Source: an uncultured delta proteobacterium | GTDB taxonomy: Bacteria; Myxococcota_A; Polyangia; Fen-1088 | Length of the DNA stretch: 64,000 nucleotides | Assembly: GCA_963755125.1 (NCBI GenBank) | Contig: CAVWIP010000010.1 | Coordinates: forward strand, 160,001 to 224,000 | Direction: 5' to 3' | Shown: positions 8,159 through 17,292 of the stretch, piece after piece | Layout: each line of letters starts with the position of its first letter | How positions within the stretch are numbered: position 1 is the first letter of the stretch | Notes under the pieces: model-generated | What the model was told of the DNA's origin: nothing | The model's input: the letters and a program-made list of their open reading frames with translations, nothing else | Databases searched by the model: none | Position numbers and translations under genes: made by a program

Positions 8159-10767
8159 TTCTTCTTCTCCGTGGCAGACGCCAGCACCGCGAGCGACACC
8201 GCGCTGACCTTGCGATAGACCTCAGCGGGCGACAGCAACTTGCCGTCCACGGTCAGAAGCTCGTCGATGGATATGCCAAACAGGTGCTCATTCTCCTGCA
8301 GATAGGGCCGCATCACTCGCCAGTCGGCGTCGGTGACCGGGCCGAACACACCGCCGTTGAGCTGTTGTTCCACGACCTTCTTGTGCGGGTCGCGGATGTA
8401 TATGGCGCCGCCCGAGGCCAGCGAGAAGAGATTGCTGCCCGGGTAGGGTGCCGCCAGCGGAACCAGCTTGCCACGGCGGTCGAATTCCACGCCGTTGACG
8501 ATGACGAAGCCGCCGCCGTTGAGTGGATCGCCGGCCATGAACGACTCGGCCAAGAAATCGAGACAGGTGCCGTTGATCACCACACGCGGTCGTCCCACGG
8601 CATTAATGAGAGGCCGGCCGGCGCCGTTGCCCATCACGTACACTTCGCCGCCTTTGCCGCCGTACATGAAGGTCTGGCCCACGTCGCCGAAGATCACCAG
8701 CTTGCCCCGCTTGGCGATCTGGCCGACTTGATCCTGGGCGTTGCCGTGCACGCGGATCTCCTCGCCGTCCATGCCGGAGGCCAGGTAGTCACCGCTAGAG
8801 CCGTAGGTGTCGATGCGCACGCCCTCGGTGCCAGGGCCCAGTCCCACGCCGGTGAAGCGCTGGCCGCGCAGGCGGTACACGATGAAGCGACGCCAGCCGG
8901 CCTGGAAGGCGCGGCGCAGATACACGGCATCGCAGTCATCGCCCTCGGGCGGGAATTTCTCGGCGTCGATGAGCAGGACTTCCTCGCCGGCCTGCGGGGC
9001 CACGATCGTTGCGCGACTGTCCCAGTTTAGGCGCCGGAAACTGCCTTCGCCGGGCTGACCCAAAAGCGGGCTGGCATCGAACAGGCGCATGAGCGTCTCT
9101 TCCAGCACAGGCAGCACGGTGCTGCGCCGCTTGTCGCCGGTGTCGAAGCGCCGGTCGTAGAGCAGGGTCAAAGCCTCGATGGCCGTGGCCTTGCTGCGGC
9201 CGTTGTCGCAGGACTCGACGATGCGATCGCAGAAGTCGCGCAGCCCGCTGGCCGGCCAGCCAGGCAAGTTCTGCACCACGTGGGTGAAAAGATCCTGGGC
9301 GCGACCCTGCTTGAGTGCTTCCAGCACCGCCTTGCGCGTGCCCGCTGCCGCGATCTCGCTGGGTGTTTCGCGCTTGACCTGGTCGCAGCGCACGTTGCCC
9401 ACGTCCAGCTTGACCTGACGGCCGAACTTGTCGGCGCAGCTCAGTTTCTTCTTGCCGTTCTCGTCGTTGATGGTGAAGACGAACGTGCCGCCGTCGCTGC
9501 TGCTGCCGCCGCGCGCGTTCCAGTACTTGTCGGCGACCGGACAGAAACGAGGATCCTCGCGCGCCAGGCTGCGCAGGGTGGCGTCGATGGCCTGCTTCTC
9601 CGAGCAGATGAGGCCGATTTGCACGTCGCCGCTGTCGGCCAGGGCGAACACCTGCGGCCGCAACATCGCCGTGTCGGTGATGCCGAGCAGCTGCATGCGC
9701 TTCTGGTCGGGGTGGTTGCGTGCGATGATGAAGAACCAGGGACCGTCAGGCGAGGCGTGGATGTGGGTCGCCTGGATCTGGCGGTAGATCTGCTGCTTCT
9801 CCGGCGAGAGCTGGTCGAAATCCAGCTCGGCGGTCGGGGCCAGCGCCTCGATGATGTATTCCAGCGGGTACTTGTAAACGCGGTCCCACAGATCGAAGAG
9901 CTGCACTGACACCTCGGTGTCGGTGAGGAACTGCTGCTTGATGTTGCGCTGGCGCAGGTACTCGCACACCGAATGGTAGTTGGCGAAGTCGCCGTTGTGC
10001 ACCAGCGCCTCGTTCAGCCCCACGAACGGGTGCGCGCCACCCGGGTGCCACACGCGGCCTTTTGTGGGGTAGCGCTGGTGGGCAATCCAGACGTGAGCGC
10101 GGAAATCTTGCAGCTTGTAGTATTCGACGTTCTGCTCGGCGTAGCCCACGATCTTGAAGACAAGCTGATCGCGTCCATGCGACAACACGAAGGCGCGCTT
10201 GTCGCCGAGCGAGGCGTAGAACGTGTCGTTGAGGCGATAGGAATTGCGCCACACGAACTCGTCTTCCAGTTCGCGCGGGGAGAGCGCCTGCAGCCCAGTG
10301 GATTCGGCGAACGCCTTCAATACCGCCGGCTTGACCCGCACCACGTAGCGGTGCACGTCGGGCGGCCGCACCGTGAGGCCTGGGATGTCGCGGTGATCGT
10401 CGATGTGATCCTGTCGCGTGGACAGCGCCACGTCGAAGTTGGGCAGGATGAACTGCTTCTCCAGCTCGGGGTGCACCGTCGCATCGAGCAGCGCGAGTTG
10501 GACGAGGTAGTGCGAATCCAGCACCTCGCGCGACACGCCGATCTGCTCCGGCACCAGGCCAGTGGCCGCGATGCCGCCGCCCTTGCCATTGCCACGGTTC
10601 TGCATCTGGATGGACGGCTCGTAGATGAACTTGCCGCGCACCGGGATGTTGCAGGCGAACCCGGTGACGCCGCAGCCTCCCTCTTCGGCGCGCTCGCCTT
10701 CGACCGGCTCCTCGTCGCGATAAACCTGGCTGCGCGTGGCCAGTAGGAGATCCGCTTGGTCGCTCAT
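8155..10767 (-). CDS. Glutamate synthase-like protein: class II glutamine amidotransferase domain fused to GXGXG (GltB domain 3) beta-helix
   Basis: EEGG-CGVTG (Ntn Cys after a short propeptide), HQRYPT, HPF, HNGDFANY and TDTE. C-terminal GQRFTG..GSSGDYLASGMDG..GNAQDQVG..GDVG GXGXG repeats. Confidence 0.85.
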   Translation of the reverse strand: MSDQADLLLATRSQVYRDEEPVEGERAEEGGCGVTGFACNIPVRGKFIYEPSIQMQNRGNGKGGGIAATGLVPEQIGVSREVLDSHYLVQLALLDATVHPELEKQFILPNFDVALSTRQDHIDDHRDIPGLTVRPPDVHRYVVRVKPAVLKAFAESTGLQALSPRELEDEFVWRNSYRLNDTFYASLGDKRAFVLSHGRDQLVFKIVGYAEQNVEYYKLQDFRAHVWIAHQRYPTKGRVWHPGGAHPFVGLNEALVHNGDFANYHSVCEYLRQRNIKQQFLTDTEVSVQLFDLWDRVYKYPLEYIIEALAPTAELDFDQLSPEKQQIYRQIQATHIHASPDGPWFFIIARNHPDQKRMQLLGITDTAMLRPQVFALADSGDVQIGLICSEKQAIDATLRSLAREDPRFCPVADKYWNARGGSSSDGGTFVFTINDENGKKKLSCADKFGRQVKLDVGNVRCDQVKRETPSEIAAAGTRKAVLEALKQGRAQDLFTHVVQNLPGWPASGLRDFCDRIVESCDNGRSKATAIEALTLLYDRRFDTGDKRRSTVLPVLEETLMRLFDASPLLGQPGEGSFRRLNWDSRATIVAPQAGEEVLLIDAEKFPPEGDDCDAVYLRRAFQAGWRRFIVYRLRGQRFTGVGLGPGTEGVRIDTYGSSGDYLASGMDGEEIRVHGNAQDQVGQIAKRGKLVIFGDVGQTFMYGGKGGEVYVMGNGAGRPLINAVGRPRVVINGTCLDFLAESFMAGDPLNGGGFVIVNGVEFDRRGKLVPLAAPYPGSNLFSLASGGAIYIRDPHKKVVEQQLNGGVFGPVTDADWRVMRPYLQENEHLFGISIDELLTVDGKLLSPAEVYRKVSAVSLAVLASATEKKK

Positions 10768-12326
10768 AGCGCAGCCTCCTCCCGGGCGTAGGTCAACAGA
10801 TCACTACGGCCGCGCAGATCCTTCACGCTGGAAACTCCCAGGCGCACCATGATGTCGACCATGCGCTCGCGCCAGGCGTGCATGAGATTGATCAGCCGCT
10901 GCGTAGCCCACTCCAAGCTCATCAGCATCATCAGTTCGGGGTCCGTGCTCGCGATGCCGCGCGGGCAGCCGCGGCCGCTCTCGCAGCAGGCGCAGCGCAC
11001 ACAGCCCAAGGCCACCATGTCGGCGGTACCGATGACCACGCCATCCGCACCTAGCGCGACGGCTTTCATCACGTCGTCGGCGGTACGCAAGCCGCCGCTG
11101 ACGATCAAGGTGACCGAGTCGCGGATGCCTTCAGCGACCAGAAACTTGTGCACCTTCGCGATGGCGTACTCGATGGGCATCGCGATGTTCTTCTTGGCGA
11201 TGTCGGGCGCTGCACCGGTGCCGCCATAGCTGCCGTCCAGGTGAATGATGTGCGCGCCGGCGTAGTAGCTGCCCACCGCCACCATGTCCACGTCGGTGGG
11301 GGTGGACACCTTGACCGAAACCAGGGCGCGCGAGTTGACCTCTTTGATCCAGTCGAGGTGCTTCTTGTGGTCTTCCACGCTGTACACGCTGTGGAACGGG
11401 AAGGGCGAGAACAGCGCGTTGCCGGCGATGGCCTCGCGCATGCGCGCCACCGCGGGCGTGTTCTTGTCGCCCAGGAGGTGGCCGCCCAGACCGGGCTTGG
11501 CGCCCTGGGCGTACTTGAATTCGACGATGCGCACCCGCTGGATGGTGTCCTCGCGCACGCCGAACAGGCCAGTCGCCACCTGGGTGATGACGTGTTCGTC
11601 GTAGGGCTTGAGCCGGTCGGGATAGCCGCCCTCGCCGGTGCAGGTGAAGCTGTTCCACGCCGTGGCCGAGCGGGCCTTGGCCACGATGGTGTGGATGCTG
11701 ACCGAGCCGAACGACATGCCGCCGCCATAGACCGGAATATCGATGTTGACCTGCGGCCGGCCGTCGTTGCGGCGGTTGAGCGCCAGCGTGGTGTCGACCT
11801 TGGCAGGGTCGACCTTGGTCGGCGCGGCGGGGAAGTTGAAGTCCATGCGATCGAAGCCGCCGCCCGAAGCGCCGTGCCGGTACTCGAGCCCGGAGGTGGG
11901 CACGTGGCCAGTGGCGGCCATGTGCCAGGTGGACAGAATCAGATCCGCGGTCCAGCGCGGATCGCCCATGGCATCCACACTGGGGTTGCGCATCAGCGTG
12001 AGCGCCTTCTGCTTGCACTTGGCCACGCAGAAGTGGTCGGTCTTGGCGCAGTCCGGACCGATGCACAGGTGATCGAGCGGTCGCAGGGTGAAGGTGTAGC
12101 CGTCGGGCTTCACGTGCACGCCCTGCGGGCACAGCTTGGCGCACTCGCCGCAGGCGACGCAGTCGGCCGAGCGGTTGATCTTGTACTTGCCCAGGGCATT
12201 GCGGTAGCGGTCGGGCGCGGGTCGCACCTCCCGGCTGACCGTGAACTCCGACTCAGTGTCCGCAGGAGCGGACTGGGTCGGAGCTGCCGCGGGCTCGGCT
12301 TTGGAGTTAGCGAGAGAGAAGGTCAC
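10764..12326 (-). CDS. Glutamate synthase FMN-binding domain protein (GltB domain 2) with N-terminal ferredoxin; canonical motifs intact
   Basis: CVACGECAKLCP, GGGMSFGS, TGEGG, EFKYAQGAKPGLGGHL, SVKV, DGSYGGTGAAP, SGGLR and CVRCACCESGRGCPRGI. GTG start at 12326 chosen for an upstream GGGAGG (ORF is open to 12344). Confidence 0.88.
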   Translation of the reverse strand: MTFSLANSKAEPAAAPTQSAPADTESEFTVSREVRPAPDRYRNALGKYKINRSADCVACGECAKLCPQGVHVKPDGYTFTLRPLDHLCIGPDCAKTDHFCVAKCKQKALTLMRNPSVDAMGDPRWTADLILSTWHMAATGHVPTSGLEYRHGASGGGFDRMDFNFPAAPTKVDPAKVDTTLALNRRNDGRPQVNIDIPVYGGGMSFGSVSIHTIVAKARSATAWNSFTCTGEGGYPDRLKPYDEHVITQVATGLFGVREDTIQRVRIVEFKYAQGAKPGLGGHLLGDKNTPAVARMREAIAGNALFSPFPFHSVYSVEDHKKHLDWIKEVNSRALVSVKVSTPTDVDMVAVGSYYAGAHIIHLDGSYGGTGAAPDIAKKNIAMPIEYAIAKVHKFLVAEGIRDSVTLIVSGGLRTADDVMKAVALGADGVVIGTADMVALGCVRCACCESGRGCPRGIASTDPELMMLMSLEWATQRLINLMHAWRERMVDIMVRLGVSSVKDLRGRSDLLTYAREEAAL

Positions 12327-13704
12327 CAAATGCCTCCCGTTCAACGTCTTCCTTGAAAATCGCGCGCCCCACCTCGCCGCGCAGGCGTCGCACTTCGCGG
12401 ATGCCCATGGCGCCCAACACTTCCAGAAGCTGCGAATGCCAAGCTGCCATGAGATTCACCATGCGCTGGACCGCGTAGCCGGTTTCCAGCGTCGGGACGG
12501 CGGCCGGACAATGATCCTGGTGATCGGCGCCCTGCACCCCGCGACACACGCGGCAACCGAGTGACACCAGCAGGGCGGTGTCCACGGCCACCAGATCGGC
12601 GCCGCAGATGATGGCCTTGGCCATGTGCTCGGGCAGGGCGATACCGCCGGCAACGATCAGCGTGATCTCGTCGCGCACACCGGCCTTGACCAGGCGGCCG
12701 TGGACCTCGCGCATGACGTCTTTGATGTGCCGTGGGCTTCCAACCCCCACTTCGCAGCCGTGCAAGTCGCCGCACAAGTGGAAAACCCTCACGCCCGCCT
12801 GGCTGAGTTGCAGGATGCGTTCTACCGCCGCGCCCTGCAGGGGCAGGCGAACCGCGACGACCAGCTTGGGATTGGCCGCCTTGGCCTTGGCAGCCAGGGC
12901 CGCCACCTCTGCTCCATCCACGAACTCGACCATCCGCACCTGCGGCAGCAGCGTCTGCACACTGCCGAGTCCCTCGCTGCCAACCAGCGGAACCAGGAAC
13001 GGCAACTCGGCAGCCGGCGCTCCGGCCACCTCGGTGGCGCGAGCCACGGCCAGGGTCTTCAGCTTCGCCGCCGTGGTCAGACGGGCCCGCGCGAACTCCT
13101 GGCCGCCCACTTGCCAGGCGGGAACGTCCAGGATGAGCGGGAGAGGCAGGTCAATCAGATTAGCCGGATCGCCCGACAGCTTGCCATCACTAGAAAATGA
13201 GAGCCGCATCGGCTTGGGCCCGATGTCCACGCTGGTGCTGATGTATTCGCGACCGTGGATCCCGTCGCGGGTGGGGCGAACGATCTCGGACATGTCGGTC
13301 CAGATCGAATCGAAGCCGAAACCATGGAAGCGGCCCCGGTAGCCGGCGCCCGAAACCGGAACCCGGCCCGTGTCAGACTGGTTCCAGGTGGTGGCCATGA
13401 TGTCGGGCTTCCAGTAGTCGTCGCCCATGGCCAGGTACTCGGGGTTGATCGAGATGGCCAGGATGCCCTTGGTGCAGCCCTGCACGCAGGAGAAGCACGC
13501 GCGGCACTCGTTGAGCGGAACGATCGAGGTCTGCGGGTCGCGGTTGTAGGCCGCTTCCTTGCGATAAGTGTCGAACACGCAGCGGGGCTTCACGCAGTTG
13601 CTGCAGCGGGCGCAATCCTCGCGCCAGTCCACGCTGCCGTACTTGCCGACGTGGCGGAAGCGCCCTGGCGTCGGCACTGGCTTGATATGGTACTTCTCAG
13701 ACAT
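12307..13704 (-). CDS. Second, divergent glutamate synthase FMN-domain paralogue with N-terminal Fe-S motifs
   Basis: CARCSNC, CRACFSCVQGC, VSGAGYRG, FDSIWTDMSEIVRPTRDGIHGRE and AGGI...MAKAIICGADLV. Lacks MSFGS, TGEGG and QGAKPG. Confidence 0.8.
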   Translation of the reverse strand: MSEKYHIKPVPTPGRFRHVGKYGSVDWREDCARCSNCVKPRCVFDTYRKEAAYNRDPQTSIVPLNECRACFSCVQGCTKGILAISINPEYLAMGDDYWKPDIMATTWNQSDTGRVPVSGAGYRGRFHGFGFDSIWTDMSEIVRPTRDGIHGREYISTSVDIGPKPMRLSFSSDGKLSGDPANLIDLPLPLILDVPAWQVGGQEFARARLTTAAKLKTLAVARATEVAGAPAAELPFLVPLVGSEGLGSVQTLLPQVRMVEFVDGAEVAALAAKAKAANPKLVVAVRLPLQGAAVERILQLSQAGVRVFHLCGDLHGCEVGVGSPRHIKDVMREVHGRLVKAGVRDEITLIVAGGIALPEHMAKAIICGADLVAVDTALLVSLGCRVCRGVQGADHQDHCPAAVPTLETGYAVQRMVNLMAAWHSQLLEVLGAMGIREVRRLRGEVGRAIFKEDVEREAFGDLLSR

Positions 13705-13712
13705 CGCGCGCC

Positions 13713-14597
13713 CTACGCCAGACGGGCTTCTTTGATCACCGACGCGGCCAGCGGTTCACAGCCCGCGCTGTGGATGTGGATGCCGCGCACCCCGGACATA
13801 GACTTGACCTTGCCCGCGATCTCGGCCGCGATGGCCACGCCGGCCTGGGCCGCATCGCCGCTGCGCAGCCGCTTGATGATGTCGTCGCTGATGGCGCTGC
13901 CCCGCCCGGTGCGCAGCTCTTCGGCCTGCGCCACGCTGGTCAGCGGCAACACGCTGGCAATGATGGCGACCTGCTTGTCCAGGCCCGCAGCCCGCACAGC
14001 CTTGAGCCATTCTTCGAAGCCGGCCAGGTCGAAGATCGGGTCGGTGAGTAGGATCTTTGCGCCCGCCGCGATCTTCTTCCTCGTCTGCGCCAGGGCCAAT
14101 TCGATGGGCCGGAGGTACGGGTGGGCGGCTGCGGCCACGGTCAACGCCGGCGCTGCGGGAAGCTTGCTCCCACTGAAATCGGTTCCCGTGCTCGCCATCT
14201 TGGCCAGGGCCTGGGTCAACTGCACGGCATCCATGTCGTAGGCGCCTGCCGCCTGGGGAAATCCGCCCAGCGCCTGGTGCGCGCCCGACATGCAGAAAAA
14301 CGTCTTCACGCCGAGAGCGAAGGCGCCCATCACATCGGATTCCAGTGCCACGCGGTTGCGGTCGCGCGTGCACAGGCTCAGCACCGGCTCGACCTTCTCC
14401 GCGGCCAGCAGCGCCGCGCAGGCCAAGGCCGAGCCGTGCGCTTGCTCCGCGTGGTCGCCCACGATCACGCCGTCGAGCGACGCCGGGAAACACGCCGCTA
14501 GCTTCTTCACCGCGGCTGGATCGGTTGCATGCGGAGGAATACAGGCGGCGGTCACGACCGATTTCCCGCTGCCCAGTTTCTCGGACAACTTACTCAT
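13713..14597 (-). CDS. metF: Methylenetetrahydrofolate reductase (MetF)-fold flavoprotein, divergent
   Basis: CTRDRNRVALESD, AYDMDAVQL, KKIAAGA and GIHI. Expected catalytic Glu and the TQ motif are replaced (TAACIPP, LTDPIFD). ATG at 14597 overlaps the end of the upstream gene. Confidence 0.78.
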   Translation of the reverse strand: MSKLSEKLGSGKSVVTAACIPPHATDPAAVKKLAACFPASLDGVIVGDHAEQAHGSALACAALLAAEKVEPVLSLCTRDRNRVALESDVMGAFALGVKTFFCMSGAHQALGGFPQAAGAYDMDAVQLTQALAKMASTGTDFSGSKLPAAPALTVAAAAHPYLRPIELALAQTRKKIAAGAKILLTDPIFDLAGFEEWLKAVRAAGLDKQVAIIASVLPLTSVAQAEELRTGRGSAISDDIIKRLRSGDAAQAGVAIAAEIAGKVKSMSGVRGIHIHSAGCEPLAASVIKEARLA

Positions 14598-15177
14598 CGC
14601 TATCATCTTCATTTTCCAGTTCGTACGGGACATCGTCCGACAGGCCCGTTGCGCGCAACGGGGTCGGTGCCAGGGAAGCCACAGCAGCGACAACTTGATC
14701 GCGTATCGCCGCCACCTTCTGTTTAAGCGTTGGATCGAGGCTGGCCGGGGCCGACGCCCCGGCGCCCAGGGCCATGTCCTGCACCGCCGAGCCGGGCAGG
14801 TGGAACAACATCAAGCGGCCTTTACCGAGCCCGACCTCTTCCAGCATCGAGGAAACCGCGTCGATCCGCCGACGGCAACGCTTGTTCCCCTCGTGATGGT
14901 GGCAATTGCCTTCTTCACAGCACACCACGCCGACTGCATCCGCGCCGCCTTCAAAGGCCTTGAGCAAGTGTTCAGGTTGCAACCGGCCCGCGCAAGGCAC
15001 CACCACTTCTTGCACCGGGAACGGCCAGCCGAAGTCCGGCGTCTCGGGCGGGAATCGCTTGCCCGAAGTGGGCACGCGGCCCGCGCGGGCACTGTTCTCG
15101 CAGACGAAGATCACCTTCAAGGAAGGAGCGGCCACGGCCGGACGCACGCCCGGCTGCACTGTCGCCATTTCAGCCAC
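14590..15177 (-). CDS. Second MvhD-like [2Fe-2S] protein (atypical)
   Basis: VPCAGRL, LLKAFEGGADAV, CCEEGNCHHHEGN and LEEVGLGKGRL. GTG at 15177 is 8 nt from AGGAGG. Confidence 0.8.
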   Translation of the reverse strand: MAEMATVQPGVRPAVAAPSLKVIFVCENSARAGRVPTSGKRFPPETPDFGWPFPVQEVVVPCAGRLQPEHLLKAFEGGADAVGVVCCEEGNCHHHEGNKRCRRRIDAVSSMLEEVGLGKGRLMLFHLPGSAVQDMALGAGASAPASLDPTLKQKVAAIRDQVVAAVASLAPTPLRATGLSDDVPYELENEDDSDE

Positions 15178-15587
15178 GAATCTTACCTCCTGATCCCGTC
15201 CATTCATGCGAGAACACACCGTGAGGCACCGAACCGGTGACAGTCGGCGCGACCATTCGCCGGTCTGGTCCACAGGTCGTCGTGCCTGGCCAATTCGAGT
15301 GTGTCTTCATCTCAGCCGTGCCGTTGCGAGTGACGGGGAAAGTAGACGAAACCGGCATCGCGTGTCCACACAGTCTGAGAGCCTGCTCGACTTTTTCGAG
15401 TGACTTCGACAGTGCTACCCTGGTGTAGTGACAAGATTTACTGGCGATTCACTTTCAAGTTACTCAACAGAAACAATTGCAACTCAAGCAGCGCAGTCGC
15501 GCGGTTTGACGCAATCTGAGTTTACGTGCCAGAAACAGTGCAGCCACACAACAGACATTCGTCTTGCTTGTGGCCGCGAAACCACAA

Positions 15588-16112
15588 CTAGCGACGGCCC
15601 CGGACGCGAATGGTCTGAGCGAGGGCGCGGAGACGATTGGCCTCGGCGGGCACGGCCTTCTCGGCGCGCTCAACCGCCTGCAGCGCCTCATCAGGCCGAC
15701 CCGCTTCCAGCAACGCCACGGCCAGATCCCAGTACGAATCCACCCATCCCGGCGCAAGCGCGATGGCGCGTTCAAGGCTTTGCACGCCCTCGTCCACCCG
15801 GCCCTGTCGCGCCAGCGCCAGGCCGAGCCCCTTGCAGGCATACGCGTGGTCGGGCTTGACCGCGAGTGCGCGACGGCAATACGTCTCGGTGGCGAGGTAG
15901 TCGCCGAGGAAGAAGCACACGAAGCCAGCAAGGTCGAGCAAGGTCAGGTTGTCGGGCGCCAGGGCCAGCCCCTGCTTGATCTTTTCCCGCGCGTCGCCCA
16001 GCAGATGCTGGTTGATGGCGGCGCGAGCCTGCTCGATGATGGTGTCGACCGCCGGAGGAGGCGAGGCAGCAACCGTCTGAACTCCTCCGCCCGCGGGCAC
16101 GTCGCCGCTCAC
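15588..16112 (-). CDS. Tetratricopeptide-repeat protein
   Basis: Repeated TPR-like helices (ALAVKPDHAYACKGLGLALARQG, AIALAPGWVDSYWDLAVAL). 4-bp overlap with the radical SAM gene. Confidence 0.8.
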   Translation of the reverse strand: MSGDVPAGGGVQTVAASPPPAVDTIIEQARAAINQHLLGDAREKIKQGLALAPDNLTLLDLAGFVCFFLGDYLATETYCRRALAVKPDHAYACKGLGLALARQGRVDEGVQSLERAIALAPGWVDSYWDLAVALLEAGRPDEALQAVERAEKAVPAEANRLRALAQTIRVRGRR

Positions 16113-17275
16113 GGCTGCCCCCCGGCCGCCAAGGCGACGCCGGGCGCGTGCCCATCGAAGTAGCGCATCTCATCGTCGGTCGGCTCCTCGGCGAGCAGAT
16201 CGAAGCGCCGGTGCTTGACCGCCTGGTAATAGAAACAGTGCTCGTTCCCGATTCCGCCCTGAGCGTAGGTGGCCCAGGAGCACCCGCCGCGGCACACATC
16301 GCGAAAGCGGCAGACGTGGCAGAACCCGCCGAGTTGGTCCTCCTTGAAGAGCCGGTTGTAGGCGAAGGCGTCCGCGCGGAGCCAGATGTCGCGCAGACTC
16401 TTCTGCCGCACGTTGCCCTCGACGAAACGGGCTTCGCCGTGCATCGACGAGGGCAACGAGAGGCACCCCTTCACGTTTCCCCCGCTCTCGATACCGATCA
16501 CCTGACAGCCGGCGCGGCAGCCCAGCCAGAAAGGCAGCGTCATGTCCGCATCGCGCAGATCCGGCTCCGGCTTGCCAAAGTAGCCGATGTCGTCGCTGGG
16601 ATAGACCTTGAATTCAGGGCTGTTGATCCGACACAGCTCCGCGATCTGCGGCACCAGCCACAACAGATCCTCCGGCGGAGAAACCAGATTCCGGTGCTCG
16701 CCCATGTTCCCGGTGGCGGTGGCGAACTGCAGTTGCCAGGCGAACGCCCGGTGATCCATCAGGAACTGCCGCAGCGACTTGAGCTGGCCCTGATTGAGTC
16801 GGTTGATGGTGGTGTTGATCGCCACCGGCAGGCCGGCCGCCACGCTGATGTCGATGGCGCGAACCACCTTCACGAACGAGCCGGAGGCCCGGAATTCGTC
16901 GTGCTCCTTCTCGAAGCCGTCGATGCTGAAGGCCACGCCGCACAGACCGGCTTTCTGCGCCTGCTCGATGTGTTTGGCCGACCAGGTGAGGCCGTTCGAG
17001 ATCAGGTTGACCCGCGCGCCCAGCTCGACCAGCCGCTTGCCCACCTCGTGCCAGCCCGGATACATCGTGGGCTCGCCGCCGCTGAGGGTGATGCGCCGGC
17101 ACCCGAGCGCCACCAGTTCATCGGCCACGCGCAGGCACTCGTCGAGCGACAGCTCGTCGCCACGCTTGCTGCCGGCTATGGAACCGCAGTGCTTGCAACG
17201 CAGGTTGCACGCCAGGGTCAGCTCCCACACGCAAGCGCGCGGGAAAAACCCGACTCGCCGCAGGACTTCAATCAC
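16109..17275 (-). CDS. Radical SAM/SPASM enzyme, PlpX (splicease)-like peptide/protein maturase, copy 1
   Basis: VWELTLACNLRCKHCGS (CxxxCxxC), GGEP, SIDG and WQLQ. SPASM domain: WLGCRAG..IGIESGGNVKGCLSLP..GNVR..FCHVCRFRDVCRGGC..C. Confidence 0.88.
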   Translation of the reverse strand: MIEVLRRVGFFPRACVWELTLACNLRCKHCGSIAGSKRGDELSLDECLRVADELVALGCRRITLSGGEPTMYPGWHEVGKRLVELGARVNLISNGLTWSAKHIEQAQKAGLCGVAFSIDGFEKEHDEFRASGSFVKVVRAIDISVAAGLPVAINTTINRLNQGQLKSLRQFLMDHRAFAWQLQFATATGNMGEHRNLVSPPEDLLWLVPQIAELCRINSPEFKVYPSDDIGYFGKPEPDLRDADMTLPFWLGCRAGCQVIGIESGGNVKGCLSLPSSMHGEARFVEGNVRQKSLRDIWLRADAFAYNRLFKEDQLGGFCHVCRFRDVCRGGCSWATYAQGGIGNEHCFYYQAVKHRRFDLLAEEPTDDEMRYFDGHAPGVALAAGGQP

Positions 17276-17292
17276 GAGGGAATTGTACCCGA

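Noticed and set aside
15190..15585. Long leader upstream of the hdr/met/glt operon; looked for SAM, THF or cobalamin riboswitches and a sigma54 site (minus strand TGGCACGTAAACTCAG near 15516-15531)
   Set aside because: No riboswitch consensus was recognisable by eye, and the sigma54 candidate lacks the -12 GC. An Rfam scan would be needed.
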